A stretch of 64,000 nucleotides of DNA from an uncultured Hyphomonadaceae bacterium. GTDB taxonomy: Bacteria; Pseudomonadota; Alphaproteobacteria; Caulobacterales; Hyphomonadaceae. The position numbers were made by a program, and so were the translations under genes. How positions within the stretch are numbered: the first letter of the stretch is position 1; every line of letters starts with the position of its first letter. This document shows, piece by piece, positions 9,761 through 20,156 of this stretch. The stretch is taken from NCBI GenBank assembly GCA_964351655.1, contig CAYGPD010000007.1, positions 2,035-66,034 of the forward strand. Reading direction: 5' to 3'. A model generated the notes under the pieces. That model was not told the origin of the DNA, did not search any database, and worked only from the letters and a program-made list of their open reading frames with translations.

Positions 9761-10067
9761 ATCGCTTCTCCCGTAGCTGACGCTCGCCTATTTCATGAAA
9801 AAGCACGCACAGGCATCCTCTTTTGGGATACTCTTCGTCATGCCGGAAATAAGCCGAGCCAATCCTCATAGAAAATACTATGTTGCAGTGCAGCACAAGT
9901 GATATTATGGTAGCCATAGTAGATATCTACTTATAGGCTATAATTGGTTGGTCCATTTGCGAATTGTGCAGAGCAATAGTAAGTCTAATTCCAACAAATA
10001 CGATTCGAGTAAAAAGTAGGAACGATCTAGGCAGCCTGCATGCCCTTTAGTTTTGGAAGAGAGCGAT

Positions 10068-10703
10068 ATGACGACGTCCAACGGGACCGCCGATAAAATC
10101 ATTATCAAAAAATACGCCAATCGTCGTCTCTATGATACGAATGCCAGCGCTTATGTAACACTAGATCACTTAGCCCGACTTGTGCGAGAAAAGCGGGATT
10201 TTATTGTCCAAGATGCCAAAACGGGAGAAGATTTAACCCGAAGCGTACTCACTCAAATTATTTTTGAGCAAGAAAATAAAGAAGAAGGCGTCCTTCCTAT
10301 CAGTTTCTTGCGCCAAGTTATTCAACTCTATGGCGAAAGCATGCAGTCGATTTTGCCGTCATATCTTGAGCTATCGATGAATACCTTCCTCAGCCAACAA
10401 GAAAAATGGCGCGAGCAAATCGAAAAAACAGCTACTAACTCTAGCGCGTCTTCACTCTTCGAAACACAGATTAGGCACAATATCTCCCTATTTGAAGAAA
10501 CTATGCGGATGTTTACGGCACCTCCAAAGCCAGCTGAAAATGCTCCAACTCCCGCATCATCGACTTATAAGAGCAATAAAAAGCCCTCAAGCGATGCCCC
10601 TGAATCCGAAAAGAATGACGACACATCTTCCGCCTTGAGTGCACTGCAACAACAAATGGCAGATATGCAGCGCCAAATCGAGCAGCTGGCAAAAAACAAC
10701 TAA
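10068..10703 (+). CDS. phaR: polyhydroxyalkanoate synthesis repressor PhaR
   Basis: IIIKKYANRRLYDTNASAYVTLDHLARLV... is the hallmark PhaR N-terminus. ATG at 10068 is preceded by GGAAGAGAG. The ORF-track TTG at 10053 is an alternative start. Confidence 0.88.
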   Translation: MTTSNGTADKIIIKKYANRRLYDTNASAYVTLDHLARLVREKRDFIVQDAKTGEDLTRSVLTQIIFEQENKEEGVLPISFLRQVIQLYGESMQSILPSYLELSMNTFLSQQEKWREQIEKTATNSSASSLFETQIRHNISLFEETMRMFTAPPKPAENAPTPASSTYKSNKKPSSDAPESEKNDDTSSALSALQQQMADMQRQIEQLAKNN

Positions 10704-10799
10704 ATAAAATTTAGAGCGCAGTTACATATTACGCTAATTCACCCGTCGATCCGCATCCACACCAGCGACATATGGCAAGCTTTTTGCTAGATATACACT

Positions 10800-11132
10800 A
10801 TGCGAATCTCTTCTCTTTCTGCGGTAAGCGCCGCCAAACGCCGTTTTACGGACCACACACCTGATCGTCGGATTAGGGTAGAAGAGCGCCGTCAATTTGA
10901 TCGCCGAAGCCAAACACGCAAGAACTCTCAACAACGCGCGCAGCACACAAGCGGACATGCAGACCCGCTGAATATGAACACATCATCACTACCCAGCGCG
11001 ACCTTCCTTGCACACATATTAGGTCAACAAAACGAACAATCAGCCCAAAAGAGTACCAACTTAGCAGCTGAGCGGGCATATGATAAAATCAAAAACCCGC
11101 ACCTACGCCCGCTACATTCTCGCAACGCATAA
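10800..11132 (+). CDS. small basic hypothetical protein (uncertain gene)
   Basis: 110-aa ORF, Arg-rich (DRRIRVEERRQFDRR) and low complexity, with no clear SD. It is the only sizeable ORF in a 468-bp gap. Confidence 0.3.
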   Translation: MRISSLSAVSAAKRRFTDHTPDRRIRVEERRQFDRRSQTRKNSQQRAQHTSGHADPLNMNTSSLPSATFLAHILGQQNEQSAQKSTNLAAERAYDKIKNPHLRPLHSRNA

Positions 11133-11171
11133 TAAACGCTTATTATAAAAAATTAGAAATACTCGCTGGGC

Positions 11172-11555
11172 TTAGCGACCATTTTTATCCAACTTTGTCA
11201 GCACCATTTCCAACAGACCTTCAATACGGTCTATCCGCTCGTGCAAGCCCATTATCATTTCTCGGCTCACACCGCCGCCACCCTCTTGGGGATGCCCAAT
11301 TCCTTCGGCTTTATCTTGGCGCTTAGTTTCTTGCGCAAGATCACCTACGCCGCAATATTTCGCAACGATTTCAGGGTTCACTGACAATGTGTCAGCAAAT
11401 GCGTAAATCTCTGAAACACTGATTGCACGGCGATCATCAAAAATCATATCGACTTCATCAATCGACATACCTGAACTACGCGCAAGACTATCACGACCAA
11501 GCCCAAGCGACCTTAACCGATCATCGAACCAGTCATAGTCAAAGAAAAGTGCCAT
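11172..11555 (-). CDS. hypothetical protein with XRE-like HTH and C-terminal coiled coil
   Basis: Segment SLARSSGMSIDEVDMIFDDRRAISVSEIYAFADTLSV resembles an HTH_3 fold by eye. ATG at 11555. Follows the upstream membrane gene after a short gap. Confidence 0.55.
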   Translation of the reverse strand: MALFFDYDWFDDRLRSLGLGRDSLARSSGMSIDEVDMIFDDRRAISVSEIYAFADTLSVNPEIVAKYCGVGDLAQETKRQDKAEGIGHPQEGGGGVSREMIMGLHERIDRIEGLLEMVLTKLDKNGR

Positions 11556-11572
11556 ATGGGGCAACACCTACT

Positions 11573-12157
11573 CTACCTGCCAAACCCTTCGCCGACTGCA
11601 AAGTCGCGTCGGGCGGATACAATTGTTACAACAACACCGGCCAAGACATCCAGAAGACACATGATCGATAGGATGAAGAATACAGAGGTTGCGAAATTTT
11701 TGAACAGCAAAAATTCAACAAGTGCGAGAATAAACAGTAACATTGATATTGCATGGTTCACAATCGTCGCCGCACCCGTACTTGTCGATTTCAAAACTTC
11801 CATAAACAAAAATGCAAGGCCTAAAATAAGCAGTATATCGCCAGATGAAATCGCCCACTCTGTATTGTCCGCAACCATTGGGATATTCCAGACTGGCGCG
11901 TTCAACAATTCAAGCATGTGTGGAGTCTTGTCCAAAGCAACTGCCGCGCCGTCAACGATTTGCACAGCTGGATCATCTGAACTGCGCGAGAATGCCAGCA
12001 GATTATAAATAATAATTGGAATAGAAAGCAGCGGAAAAATTCCAAAAAGTGCGCGCATGCCTTGTCCCCTATCAGATGGTTTCGACTTTTGTTTGCCCTT
12101 TATGGAAGACTTGTCATCCAAACGGCCTGCAGCACCCGTAACCAAAAAATCAAACAT
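11573..12157 (-). CDS. four-TM membrane protein of unknown function
   Basis: 194-aa ORF with about 4 hydrophobic helices. Co-directional and downstream of the GT2 gene. Confidence 0.6.
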   Translation of the reverse strand: MFDFLVTGAAGRLDDKSSIKGKQKSKPSDRGQGMRALFGIFPLLSIPIIIYNLLAFSRSSDDPAVQIVDGAAVALDKTPHMLELLNAPVWNIPMVADNTEWAISSGDILLILGLAFLFMEVLKSTSTGAATIVNHAISMLLFILALVEFLLFKNFATSVFFILSIMCLLDVLAGVVVTIVSARRDFAVGEGFGR

Positions 12158-12218
12158 TTGAAAGTCCCAAGCTCACCTATACGTCGCTTTGATGCAAGGG
12201 GACGCTAAGGAAATCCGA

Positions 12219-12980
12219 TTAAAGTTCGTCCATTCCACCAGGATGACGACGACGTTTTCGCAACCATAGCACACCGCGCAAATCAGAAAAGGCCACACCT
12301 AACCGTCCTAAATTCGTATATTTTGAAATCCCAAATTCACGTTGCTTATGGCTTACCGGAACAGCCTCAACTTCATATCCTTCAGCCTTCATCAATGCAG
12401 GCATATAACGATGCATATGATCAAAATACGGAAGCATCATAAATGCGTCGCGTTTAAAAGCCTTTGCACCGCACCCTGAATCACTGTGCTCATCTTTCAA
12501 CAAACCTTGCCGTACTTGATTCGCCAAACGAGACCCAAACTTCTTCCACGAGGAATCCTGACGTTTGGCCCGCACTCCCTGCACCAACCCTAAATTACTC
12601 GCAGCATCAGGCCGCGTCAGTTTCGCAACGAGCGCAGGAATATCTACTGGAGGGTTTTGCCCATCTCCGTCCAAAGTCGCTATAATGGGGGCTTTTGCAA
12701 CAAGAACTCCTGAACGAATTGCGCGGCTCTGCCCTGCATTTTTACGATGTCCCAAAACACGCAAAGCCGGAAATTTTTCCTTCAACGCAAGCAGTTTGGC
12801 GCGGGTGTCGTCCGTAGACGCATCATCTACCAAGATCATCTCGTAAGCGCGCCCATCCAATGCTTGCGCAATCTCAGCAACAAGCACCTCAACATTACCA
12901 GATTCATTGTGTACTGGAATCACAACAGAGATCTCAAGTTTGCCGCTTGTCGTTTCTCTCGTTTGGTTTAGTTCAGACAA
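12219..12980 (-). CDS. polyprenyl-phosphate glycosyltransferase (GT2, ArnC/Dpm1-like)
   Basis: 253-aa ORF with VVIPVHNE, ILVDDASTDDT and TLDGDGQNPP (DxD) motifs, plus a C-terminal basic tail. Confidence 0.85.
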   Translation of the reverse strand: MSELNQTRETTSGKLEISVVIPVHNESGNVEVLVAEIAQALDGRAYEMILVDDASTDDTRAKLLALKEKFPALRVLGHRKNAGQSRAIRSGVLVAKAPIIATLDGDGQNPPVDIPALVAKLTRPDAASNLGLVQGVRAKRQDSSWKKFGSRLANQVRQGLLKDEHSDSGCGAKAFKRDAFMMLPYFDHMHRYMPALMKAEGYEVEAVPVSHKQREFGISKYTNLGRLGVAFSDLRGVLWLRKRRRHPGGMDEL

Positions 12981-13290
12981 TTGCTACGCCTTTTCCCGAT
13001 ACATCAGTCACTATAATTCGTTCAATCAGACATTCCCGCAAAAGGGATTGCAAGGGGCTTTAATCGTGTTTAAGGGCATTTGCCTAGACAACGAAATAAA
13101 AAACATGCGAAAATTACAGACCAAATTGTGCTACGAGGCCAAATAGTCGATGTCAGTGCGCATGCAGACCAATGGTAGTTTTTTATGGCATCAAATGCCA
13201 TAGCATGTTCAAAGATAATCAAAGACTGATTTGCCAAACATATCTTTCGTCTACACAACCGCATAAGACAGAAAGTCTCAGGATACGCCG

Positions 13291-15180
13291 ATGCAAATTC
13301 TCGACACGCTCTCTAAAGGCCTTCGCCCGTATATCGTGATTTCACTTCTAATGGCGGTTTTGTCCCTTCCCGGCGTTTTTTCAATGCCGGTTATGGATCG
13401 TGATGAAGCACGCTTCACCCAAGCTTCTGCACAAATGCTGGAGACTAATGATTATGTGGTCATTCGATTTCATGAAGGTTTACGCAACAAAAAGCCCGTA
13501 GGGATTCATTGGCTTCAGGCTGCTAGTGTCGCAAGTCTTTCAGATGTTGATGATCGCCAAATCTGGGCTTTTCGAGTTCCATCATTTCTTGGAGCCATCC
13601 TCGCTGCCCTTTCAACTTTCTGGGCTGCATCATGCCTATTTTCTCGTCGTGCTGCTCTCATCTCTTCAGTTTTATTGGGCGCTACGCTCCTTTTATCCTC
13701 AGAAGCGCACATTGCCAAAACAGACGCCGCGATGGTCGGTTTCATTGCCCTAGCAATGGCATGTCTGGCACAGTTCAGGGCAAGAGCAAACGCAGAGCAG
13801 ACCACCAAGAAGGGGGTAAGCACGACATATACAGTCGGCAATAAGGCCCTTGCCATGGTCTTCTGGTTTGCCCTCGCTTGGGGCGTACTTATCAAAGGCC
13901 CGGTTGCCCCTATGGTCGTCGGGCTTGCCATAGCAGGCCTCGCACTCTGGGAGCGGAGATACAATTGGTTGAAACCATTGATATTTTGGCCTGGTCCAAT
14001 TCTATTTGTCTGGATTGCCCTTCCTTGGTTTGTTGCTGTGCATTTCGCAACTGAAGGTGCATTCCTCCACGAAAGTGTAGAGGTCGACTTGGGACCCAAA
14101 CTTGTCTCGGGAGCCGAAGGTCATAGCGCTCCCCCAGGCACTCATTTACTTGGGCTGCCACTCATGATGTGGCCTTCCATACTCTTTTTGATACCTGGGT
14201 TAGCCCTCACATTTAAGCAAGCATTTCAACCTGTTAAGACAACTAAGAATAAACTTCCCCCTCTATCAGAATGGAAATTTCTACTCGCGTGGGCCATTCC
14301 TACTTGGCTAGTGTTTGAGGCTATGCCGACAAAGCTAGCGCACTACCCTATGCCAACCTACCCTGCACTCGCTATGATGGCTGGTATTGCACTTGATTAT
14401 ATAATCTCAAACAGCAAAGAAGCCCCTCCTGCATGGAGCCGTTGGCTATCTCTCGCTATGTTCGCCATTGGAGCATTTGTGCTGCTGGCTATTCTATCTC
14501 CTTGGGGGTTAGAAGCACTTCGCTCCGATGCGGCTGGTGACTTTGGGCTAGAAAGCTTAAGAGTTTCAAGTATTTGGAACGCCGATTGGCAAGCGGTTGG
14601 CGCACCAATTTGGCCTTTTGTTCTTGCTATCCTTATTGTTTCGACAACCATCTATTTCTTTATCCAACAAAAATTTGAAGCCGCTCTTCTAAGCTTAGTT
14701 GGCTGTGCATTAGTCGTTGGTGTTAGCTTACGGACGGTTGTTTTGCCAAACCAGACTTGGGTAATAGCAACAGATGCAGCTATGAAAGCTCTCGATGGTG
14801 TTTGCGGATTCCCAGAAGAAAGCGCTGCTCGCAAACAATCCACACACTGTGCTCATATTGTAGCACCCCATAAGGTTAGAGCAATTACCTATGCTGAACC
14901 AAGTTTTGTATTTTCGTTAAATGGACAAATTCTACTTCCACCTAAAGCAAACTCAACATTGCCTTCTATTGCAGAAGAAGCACGCCCCGTTTGGTTGATA
15001 AATATTCAAAAACCTGTTGGACTTCAGGCGTTTAGAGAAATTATATCACAAGCAGCTGCTGCAGATCGTTGTGTTCAAATATCGCGAGAGTTTGTAAAAA
15101 ATTATTCTAACAATGATGCATCTGAACTTGTCGCTATAGCCGTAGCTTCAACAAGCTGCACAGATTCCGCACAAGAATAG
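13291..15180 (+). CDS. ArnT-like (GT39/GT83) polytopic glycosyltransferase
   Basis: 629-aa ORF with more than 10 TM segments. First periplasmic loop PVMDRDEARFTQASAQMLE (DE motif) and KKPVGIHWLQA. Divergent from the GT2 partner. Confidence 0.85.
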   Translation: MQILDTLSKGLRPYIVISLLMAVLSLPGVFSMPVMDRDEARFTQASAQMLETNDYVVIRFHEGLRNKKPVGIHWLQAASVASLSDVDDRQIWAFRVPSFLGAILAALSTFWAASCLFSRRAALISSVLLGATLLLSSEAHIAKTDAAMVGFIALAMACLAQFRARANAEQTTKKGVSTTYTVGNKALAMVFWFALAWGVLIKGPVAPMVVGLAIAGLALWERRYNWLKPLIFWPGPILFVWIALPWFVAVHFATEGAFLHESVEVDLGPKLVSGAEGHSAPPGTHLLGLPLMMWPSILFLIPGLALTFKQAFQPVKTTKNKLPPLSEWKFLLAWAIPTWLVFEAMPTKLAHYPMPTYPALAMMAGIALDYIISNSKEAPPAWSRWLSLAMFAIGAFVLLAILSPWGLEALRSDAAGDFGLESLRVSSIWNADWQAVGAPIWPFVLAILIVSTTIYFFIQQKFEAALLSLVGCALVVGVSLRTVVLPNQTWVIATDAAMKALDGVCGFPEESAARKQSTHCAHIVAPHKVRAITYAEPSFVFSLNGQILLPPKANSTLPSIAEEARPVWLINIQKPVGLQAFREIISQAAAADRCVQISREFVKNYSNNDASELVAIAVASTSCTDSAQE

Positions 15181-15206
15181 TCTCGCCGAACTAAGTTGGG
15201 AAAAAC

Positions 15207-16202
15207 TCAAACACGAACAGGCTTGGCGGCCTTCATTCGTCCACGAAGAATACCTCGCTTAGCTCCGCCAATAGTCGATCTGCCTAAACTGCGTCCAATC
15301 AACAAAACGGCAAATAACGGGATCAGAAAACAAGCTAAAATACGTTCTGGATATGCTTTAGCGAATTTTCTAAAATACAAACCAAGACCCCACGCTTTTT
15401 GCCATTCAATCTGATAGTTGGGTGCGTCACTAGTACTTCCATGGTGTAATGCACCAGCCAGAGGCGTGTAGTAAACTCCACCATGTTCCGTTTCTTGAGC
15501 CCGGCGACAAATATCAATATCTTCAACGTGCAGAAAATAATCTTCATCAAAGCCGTTAAGTTGATCAAAGCCTGTACGAGACATATACATCAATGCTCCA
15601 GACACGACCGGCATTTCTACTGGCCCGATTGGTGGAGCTTCACGCACACGGTTTACATCCGCAAAAATAGGGTGAAGCCGTTCAAATAAACTAAGCCCTG
15701 TATAAGTAACCAGCGCAGACGTAAGGCGCAACATACGACGCCTTCCACCACGTTGCTCTCGCCCTCTTATATCAAAAATTCGTCCACCTACAATCCAAGG
15801 CTCCCCTCGATCTGCCGCCGCCTCTTCTAATGCAGCCACCGAACCACGGCGTAGAATGGCATCCGGATTTAAGAATAGTAGTCGATCTCCAGTCGCTTTG
15901 CTTGCTCCTAAATTAGAGCCTTTAGCAAACCCTACATTTCCATGGCCGGAAATGAATTGAACCCTACTTCTATTCTTATCGGAAAATCTATTTAGAAAAC
16001 CAATATCTCGCGGTGGGTTTCCATTGTTTACAACAACTATCTCATCAATTTGCGGATCGGTAAGCAAGGCCTCAAGGCAATCTCGAAGTGCTGGCCCTGT
16101 ATGATATGTGACGATTATAGCGGAAACAGTAGGAAGGTTTTCAATGGAATGATTGACCAATGTCCATATGGAGCGTGTTTTGGCACGACTAATCATATTC
16201 AC
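15207..16202 (-). CDS. family 2 glycosyltransferase (rhamnosyltransferase-like)
   Basis: 331-aa ORF with SAIIVTYHTG, VVVNNGN and EDYFLHVEDIDICRRA motifs. Confidence 0.8.
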   Translation of the reverse strand: MNMISRAKTRSIWTLVNHSIENLPTVSAIIVTYHTGPALRDCLEALLTDPQIDEIVVVNNGNPPRDIGFLNRFSDKNRSRVQFISGHGNVGFAKGSNLGASKATGDRLLFLNPDAILRRGSVAALEEAAADRGEPWIVGGRIFDIRGREQRGGRRRMLRLTSALVTYTGLSLFERLHPIFADVNRVREAPPIGPVEMPVVSGALMYMSRTGFDQLNGFDEDYFLHVEDIDICRRAQETEHGGVYYTPLAGALHHGSTSDAPNYQIEWQKAWGLGLYFRKFAKAYPERILACFLIPLFAVLLIGRSLGRSTIGGAKRGILRGRMKAAKPVRV

Positions 16203-16211
16203 TTTCCTCTA

Positions 16212-17426
16212 CTACTCTTCTACCCACGCATTTCGTAATAAAATGACGAAACCAATCGTTACAACAACTAATGCCCACCACCAGTCATTCCATAGACTGA
16301 AAGAAAACGCACAAATTACCAAACATGCAGCAAATAGTCCGCATGCGACCGAAGACGCTTGTGGCCCCATTTCAGATGGCGCAGGCAGTCTATGGCCCAA
16401 TAGGAATACGGCTAACGCAACCAAGAAAACACCGATATACCCTGTTTCTACCCAGATATGCAAAAACATATTGTGCGCGTGCCAAGGAATAATACGCTCA
16501 CCTTTCCATTCACCCTCTTGGAAAACAGCGTCAAAAGTTCTCAACGCATCTAACCCTCGCCCCCAAATTGGAGAATCAGATGTTTGGCGAATGACATCAT
16601 TCCAAATTTCAACTCGCCACAAAAAGGATAACTCTAAAGCTTCCTTCCTCTCCCCAAGCACAGCGATTAGCACACCAAAAAGAATTGGTGACAAAACAAT
16701 AAACGCACCCGTCGCATATCCGATGACGCGGAAAGTAAACTTCCCGAAAACTTGAGGTAAGAACATAAACAACCACGCAAAAACTACCGAAATGGCGGCA
16801 GCAGTCGCACTCAACTTATTCAAATAATACGCAATAACAACGCAAAAAATGCCTGATACAACCTGACTAAAGCTGCCTAAATATTGCTTACTATTGTGTA
16901 TCATCCCCATTAGAATAACCGCACCAAGACCAAATGCCGTTGTGTTTCGAGACAAATTCAACACAGCTGATGCATAATCTGTAATCATTGGTTCAAATAA
17001 TTTATAAACAGCATCACGTTGATAGGTGATAACGACCAAGCTCACCCCTTGCAGTATAAGCCCAACCACTAGAGCTCGCACCACAATTTGGGATGGCTTT
17101 TTGCGAATGCGCTGCACACCCGCAATAGCCAAACCACCAAAAACACCAATTAACGCAACCCGCAAAACGGCTGAACGAACATTGAAGTCCGCCTCAGCAA
17201 AATTGATATCAACGAGCGGGGTTTCATATGGAGACCACAAAGAAGTAATCGCTGCATACGCAATCGCAATTGCCAACACACTCATGTAAGGATGAATTTT
17301 CAGATGCTTTTGGCAAAATAATGCCGAAATTCCAATAATGCCTACAAGTGGCACAAAGCCCAATGCCCCCGCAAATGAGATAGGCAACCACACGATAGCA
17401 GCAAATAACCAAGGAATGGCCGACAT
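16212..17426 (-). CDS. O-antigen ligase family (Wzy_C) membrane protein
   Basis: 404-aa polytopic ORF. WHAHNMFLHIWVETGYIGV matches the O-antigen ligase/polymerase loop signature. Confidence 0.75.
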   Translation of the reverse strand: MSAIPWLFAAIVWLPISFAGALGFVPLVGIIGISALFCQKHLKIHPYMSVLAIAIAYAAITSLWSPYETPLVDINFAEADFNVRSAVLRVALIGVFGGLAIAGVQRIRKKPSQIVVRALVVGLILQGVSLVVITYQRDAVYKLFEPMITDYASAVLNLSRNTTAFGLGAVILMGMIHNSKQYLGSFSQVVSGIFCVVIAYYLNKLSATAAAISVVFAWLFMFLPQVFGKFTFRVIGYATGAFIVLSPILFGVLIAVLGERKEALELSFLWRVEIWNDVIRQTSDSPIWGRGLDALRTFDAVFQEGEWKGERIIPWHAHNMFLHIWVETGYIGVFLVALAVFLLGHRLPAPSEMGPQASSVACGLFAACLVICAFSFSLWNDWWWALVVVTIGFVILLRNAWVEE

Positions 17427-17480
17427 CTACTTCACTTTACTAACCTAACACAACTAAACTGTTGCGGTCCCCATAACACT

Positions 17481-17516
17481 AAAAACGCAAACACACTGGA
17501 ATAGCAAGTTTGCGCT
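17481..17516 (-). terminator. intrinsic terminator after thrS
   Basis: On the minus strand, gcgcaaac...gtttgcg is followed by ttttt. Confidence 0.6.
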
Positions 17517-17524
17517 GCTATACT

Positions 17525-19489
17525 TTAGCGTAAATCTGGAGCAGTGGCTTCAACTGAAAGCAGCTGACACGCTTCCTCAAGCGAAATTACTTCAGGTCTG
17601 TTATTTCCAGCACCAAACCGTCTGAGCGCAAGCTTCTCTTCTTCTGCTTCCTGCATTCCCACAACCGCAATCACTGGAATTTTTTGGTGTGAGTGTTCAC
17701 GTACTTTATAATTGATCTTCTCATTTCGAAGATCCAATTCAACACGAATCCCTTTGGCGCGCAGTTTTTCTGCAGCTTTCGTCGCATATTCATCAGCTTT
17801 GCCTGTAATTGTAGCAATCACAACTTGAGTAGGTGCAAGCCACATTGGGAATGCACCCGCATAGTTTTCGATGAGGATCCCCATAAAGCGCTCAAAAGTT
17901 CCAAATACGGCGCGGTGCAGCATAACAGGACGGTGCTTCTCTCCATCGTCTCCCACATACGTGGCATCCAATCGCTCAGGGAGCACATAATCAAGCTGCA
18001 AAGTACCACACTGCCAAGTACGGCCGATTGCATCCGTTAAATGGAATTCAAGTTTAGGACCATAAAAGGCACCCTCACCCTCAGCATATTCAAAATCCAG
18101 ACCGGCTTCATTCAAAGCAGTGGCAAGCGCCCCCTCAGCTTGATCCCATGTCTCGTCACTTCCAGCACGTTGCTCAGGGCGTGTCGCAAGTTTGTAGCTG
18201 ATCTGTGTAAGACCAAAATCACCATATACACGCTTGAAAAGGTTCAAGAAACGTAGAGTTTCAGAAGCCACCTGGTCTTCACGACAGAAAATGTGCGCGT
18301 CATCCTGCGTCATCTGACGCACACGCATGATACCATGCAATGCTCCATGCGGTTCATTCCGGTGACAACACCCAAACTCAGCCATACGCATAGGCAAGTC
18401 GCGGTATGAGCGTGTCCCTTGCTTGAATATCTGCACGTGAGCAGGACAGTTCATCGGTTTCAGGGCCATCAACTCCCCTTCACCAGAAAGAACTGGACCG
18501 TCATCTTCCACAGACGGAATTTCGTCTGGGACGACAAACATATTTTCACGGAATTTAGACCAGTGACCTGATTGTTCCCAGAAAACTGAATTCAATAGTT
18601 GCGGTGTTTTAACCTCAACATATCCATCATCATCCTGACGGCGACGGATATAAGCTTCAAGTTGACGCCAGATCATAAAGCCATTTGGATGCCAGAAAAC
18701 GGATCCTTGCGCCTCAGGTTGCAAGTGGAATAAATCCAATTGATTCCCTAACTTACGGTGATCACGCTTCTCTGCTTCTTCTAAACGGACAAGATAGGCA
18801 TTGAGGTCTTTTTCGGATGCCCATGCTGTTCCATACATGCGCTGAAGCATTGCGTTATTGCTATCACCACGCCAATAAGCACCCGCTAATTTCATGAGTT
18901 TGAAAGCTTTAGGCAGTTTTCCTGTCGATGGTAAGTGCGGACCACGACACAAATCAAACCAATCCCCCTGACGGTAGATTGTAATTGTCTCAGTGTTCGC
19001 CAAATCTTCAATCAATTCAGCTTTGTAAAGCTCACCAATATCTTTGAACATCTTGATTGCTTCATCTCTGTCCCACACTTCGCGGACGATAGGGTAGTCA
19101 GCATCAATGATGTTGTTCATTTCTTTTTCGATGGCAGCGAAATCGTCTGATGAAAACGCGTCTTTACGCGCGAAATCATAGTAGAAGCCATCATCAATCA
19201 CAGGACCAATTGTGACCTGTGTACCAGGGAAAAGTTTTTGTACCGCTTGAGCTAGAATATGCGCCGCATCATGTCGGATAAGTTCTAGACCTTCAGGGTC
19301 ATCTTTGGAGTGCAAAGCAAGTTTGCTGTCTCCCTCAAGCGGGCGCGCCATGTCCCATAATTCACCATTCACCGTTGCCACGATAGAACGCTTAGAGAGA
19401 GATTTAGAGATACTCTCGGCAACATCGCGCGGAGAAGAACCGGCTGCAATGTCACGTGTCGAGCCGTCTGGCAAAGTAATCTGGATCAT
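17525..19489 (-). CDS. thrS: threonine--tRNA ligase
   Basis: 654-aa ORF with a TGS domain start ([10 protein letters not shown]), editing-domain [10 protein letters not shown], and class II motifs (FRNE..., GTLQLDY). Confidence 0.97.
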   Translation of the reverse strand: MIQITLPDGSTRDIAAGSSPRDVAESISKSLSKRSIVATVNGELWDMARPLEGDSKLALHSKDDPEGLELIRHDAAHILAQAVQKLFPGTQVTIGPVIDDGFYYDFARKDAFSSDDFAAIEKEMNNIIDADYPIVREVWDRDEAIKMFKDIGELYKAELIEDLANTETITIYRQGDWFDLCRGPHLPSTGKLPKAFKLMKLAGAYWRGDSNNAMLQRMYGTAWASEKDLNAYLVRLEEAEKRDHRKLGNQLDLFHLQPEAQGSVFWHPNGFMIWRQLEAYIRRRQDDDGYVEVKTPQLLNSVFWEQSGHWSKFRENMFVVPDEIPSVEDDGPVLSGEGELMALKPMNCPAHVQIFKQGTRSYRDLPMRMAEFGCCHRNEPHGALHGIMRVRQMTQDDAHIFCREDQVASETLRFLNLFKRVYGDFGLTQISYKLATRPEQRAGSDETWDQAEGALATALNEAGLDFEYAEGEGAFYGPKLEFHLTDAIGRTWQCGTLQLDYVLPERLDATYVGDDGEKHRPVMLHRAVFGTFERFMGILIENYAGAFPMWLAPTQVVIATITGKADEYATKAAEKLRAKGIRVELDLRNEKINYKVREHSHQKIPVIAVVGMQEAEEEKLALRRFGAGNNRPEVISLEEACQLLSVEATAPDLR

Positions 19490-19621
19490 AGGTATTTCTT
19501 CAAGTGGTAAACATCGAACGTTTGAGGTTAATTCCCAAACGCAAGCATTCCTAGAGCATATTTTTGTAGAATGAACCCCTGAATAGCGAAATTATGTAGA
19601 CTTTTCTTATTTGTGTCTGAC

Positions 19622-20023
19622 TTAAGCTGCCTTTGAGGGAATACCCGCCGCCTCAAGTTCCTTCTCCAACGTACCCGTCAGCCATTGAAACAACATACGA
19701 TAATCGCTCACCAATGACCAAAATGGATATGTGAAAGTTGCTGGCTTGTTGTGCTCCACGAAAAAATGGGCTGACCACGCAAACCCATAACACAACACGG
19801 GCCACGCTAAAAACCAGATAGGATTACTTACAATTCCCAGTATAATCGGGATAAAGCCCAGCAATGTACCAACATAATGGATAAGTCTGGTTTTTGGGGC
19901 CGCATGTTGGCGCAAATAAAATGGCCAAAATTGCGCATAAGTCTGAATACGAGCGTCGGATTCTTGCTCGGTCTCTGATGAATTCGGCATGCCTCTCCTC
20001 CCTAATTTATTTAGGTGAAGCAT
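19622..20023 (-). CDS. DUF962/Mpo1-like membrane protein
   Basis: 133-aa ORF. The YAQFWPFYLRQHAAPKTRLIHYVGT pattern and two TM helices resemble the DUF962 family. Confidence 0.65.
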   Translation of the reverse strand: MLHLNKLGRRGMPNSSETEQESDARIQTYAQFWPFYLRQHAAPKTRLIHYVGTLLGFIPIILGIVSNPIWFLAWPVLCYGFAWSAHFFVEHNKPATFTYPFWSLVSDYRMLFQWLTGTLEKELEAAGIPSKAA

Positions 20024-20156
20024 AGCCCTTAAAATGAAAATTAGGCAATTCTACCGCTAGGGAAAGCCCTTTGTGCTTTGCGCCTGTTTCCCACTTGCTA
20101 ACCCTCAGCTTACCGACTGCTACCACCATGACGGCGTTGCGGACATCCCCTGATAG

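Noticed and set aside
13515-14099. 194-aa minus-strand ORF inside the ArnT-like gene
   Set aside because: It is antisense to a gene with strong family motifs and is a low-complexity Ala/Arg-rich translation typical of a shadow frame.
16153-16755. 200-aa plus-strand ORF overlapping the O-antigen ligase-family gene
   Set aside because: It is antisense to a polytopic membrane gene that has the Wzy_C signature. It has no SD and a hydrophilic junk-like sequence.
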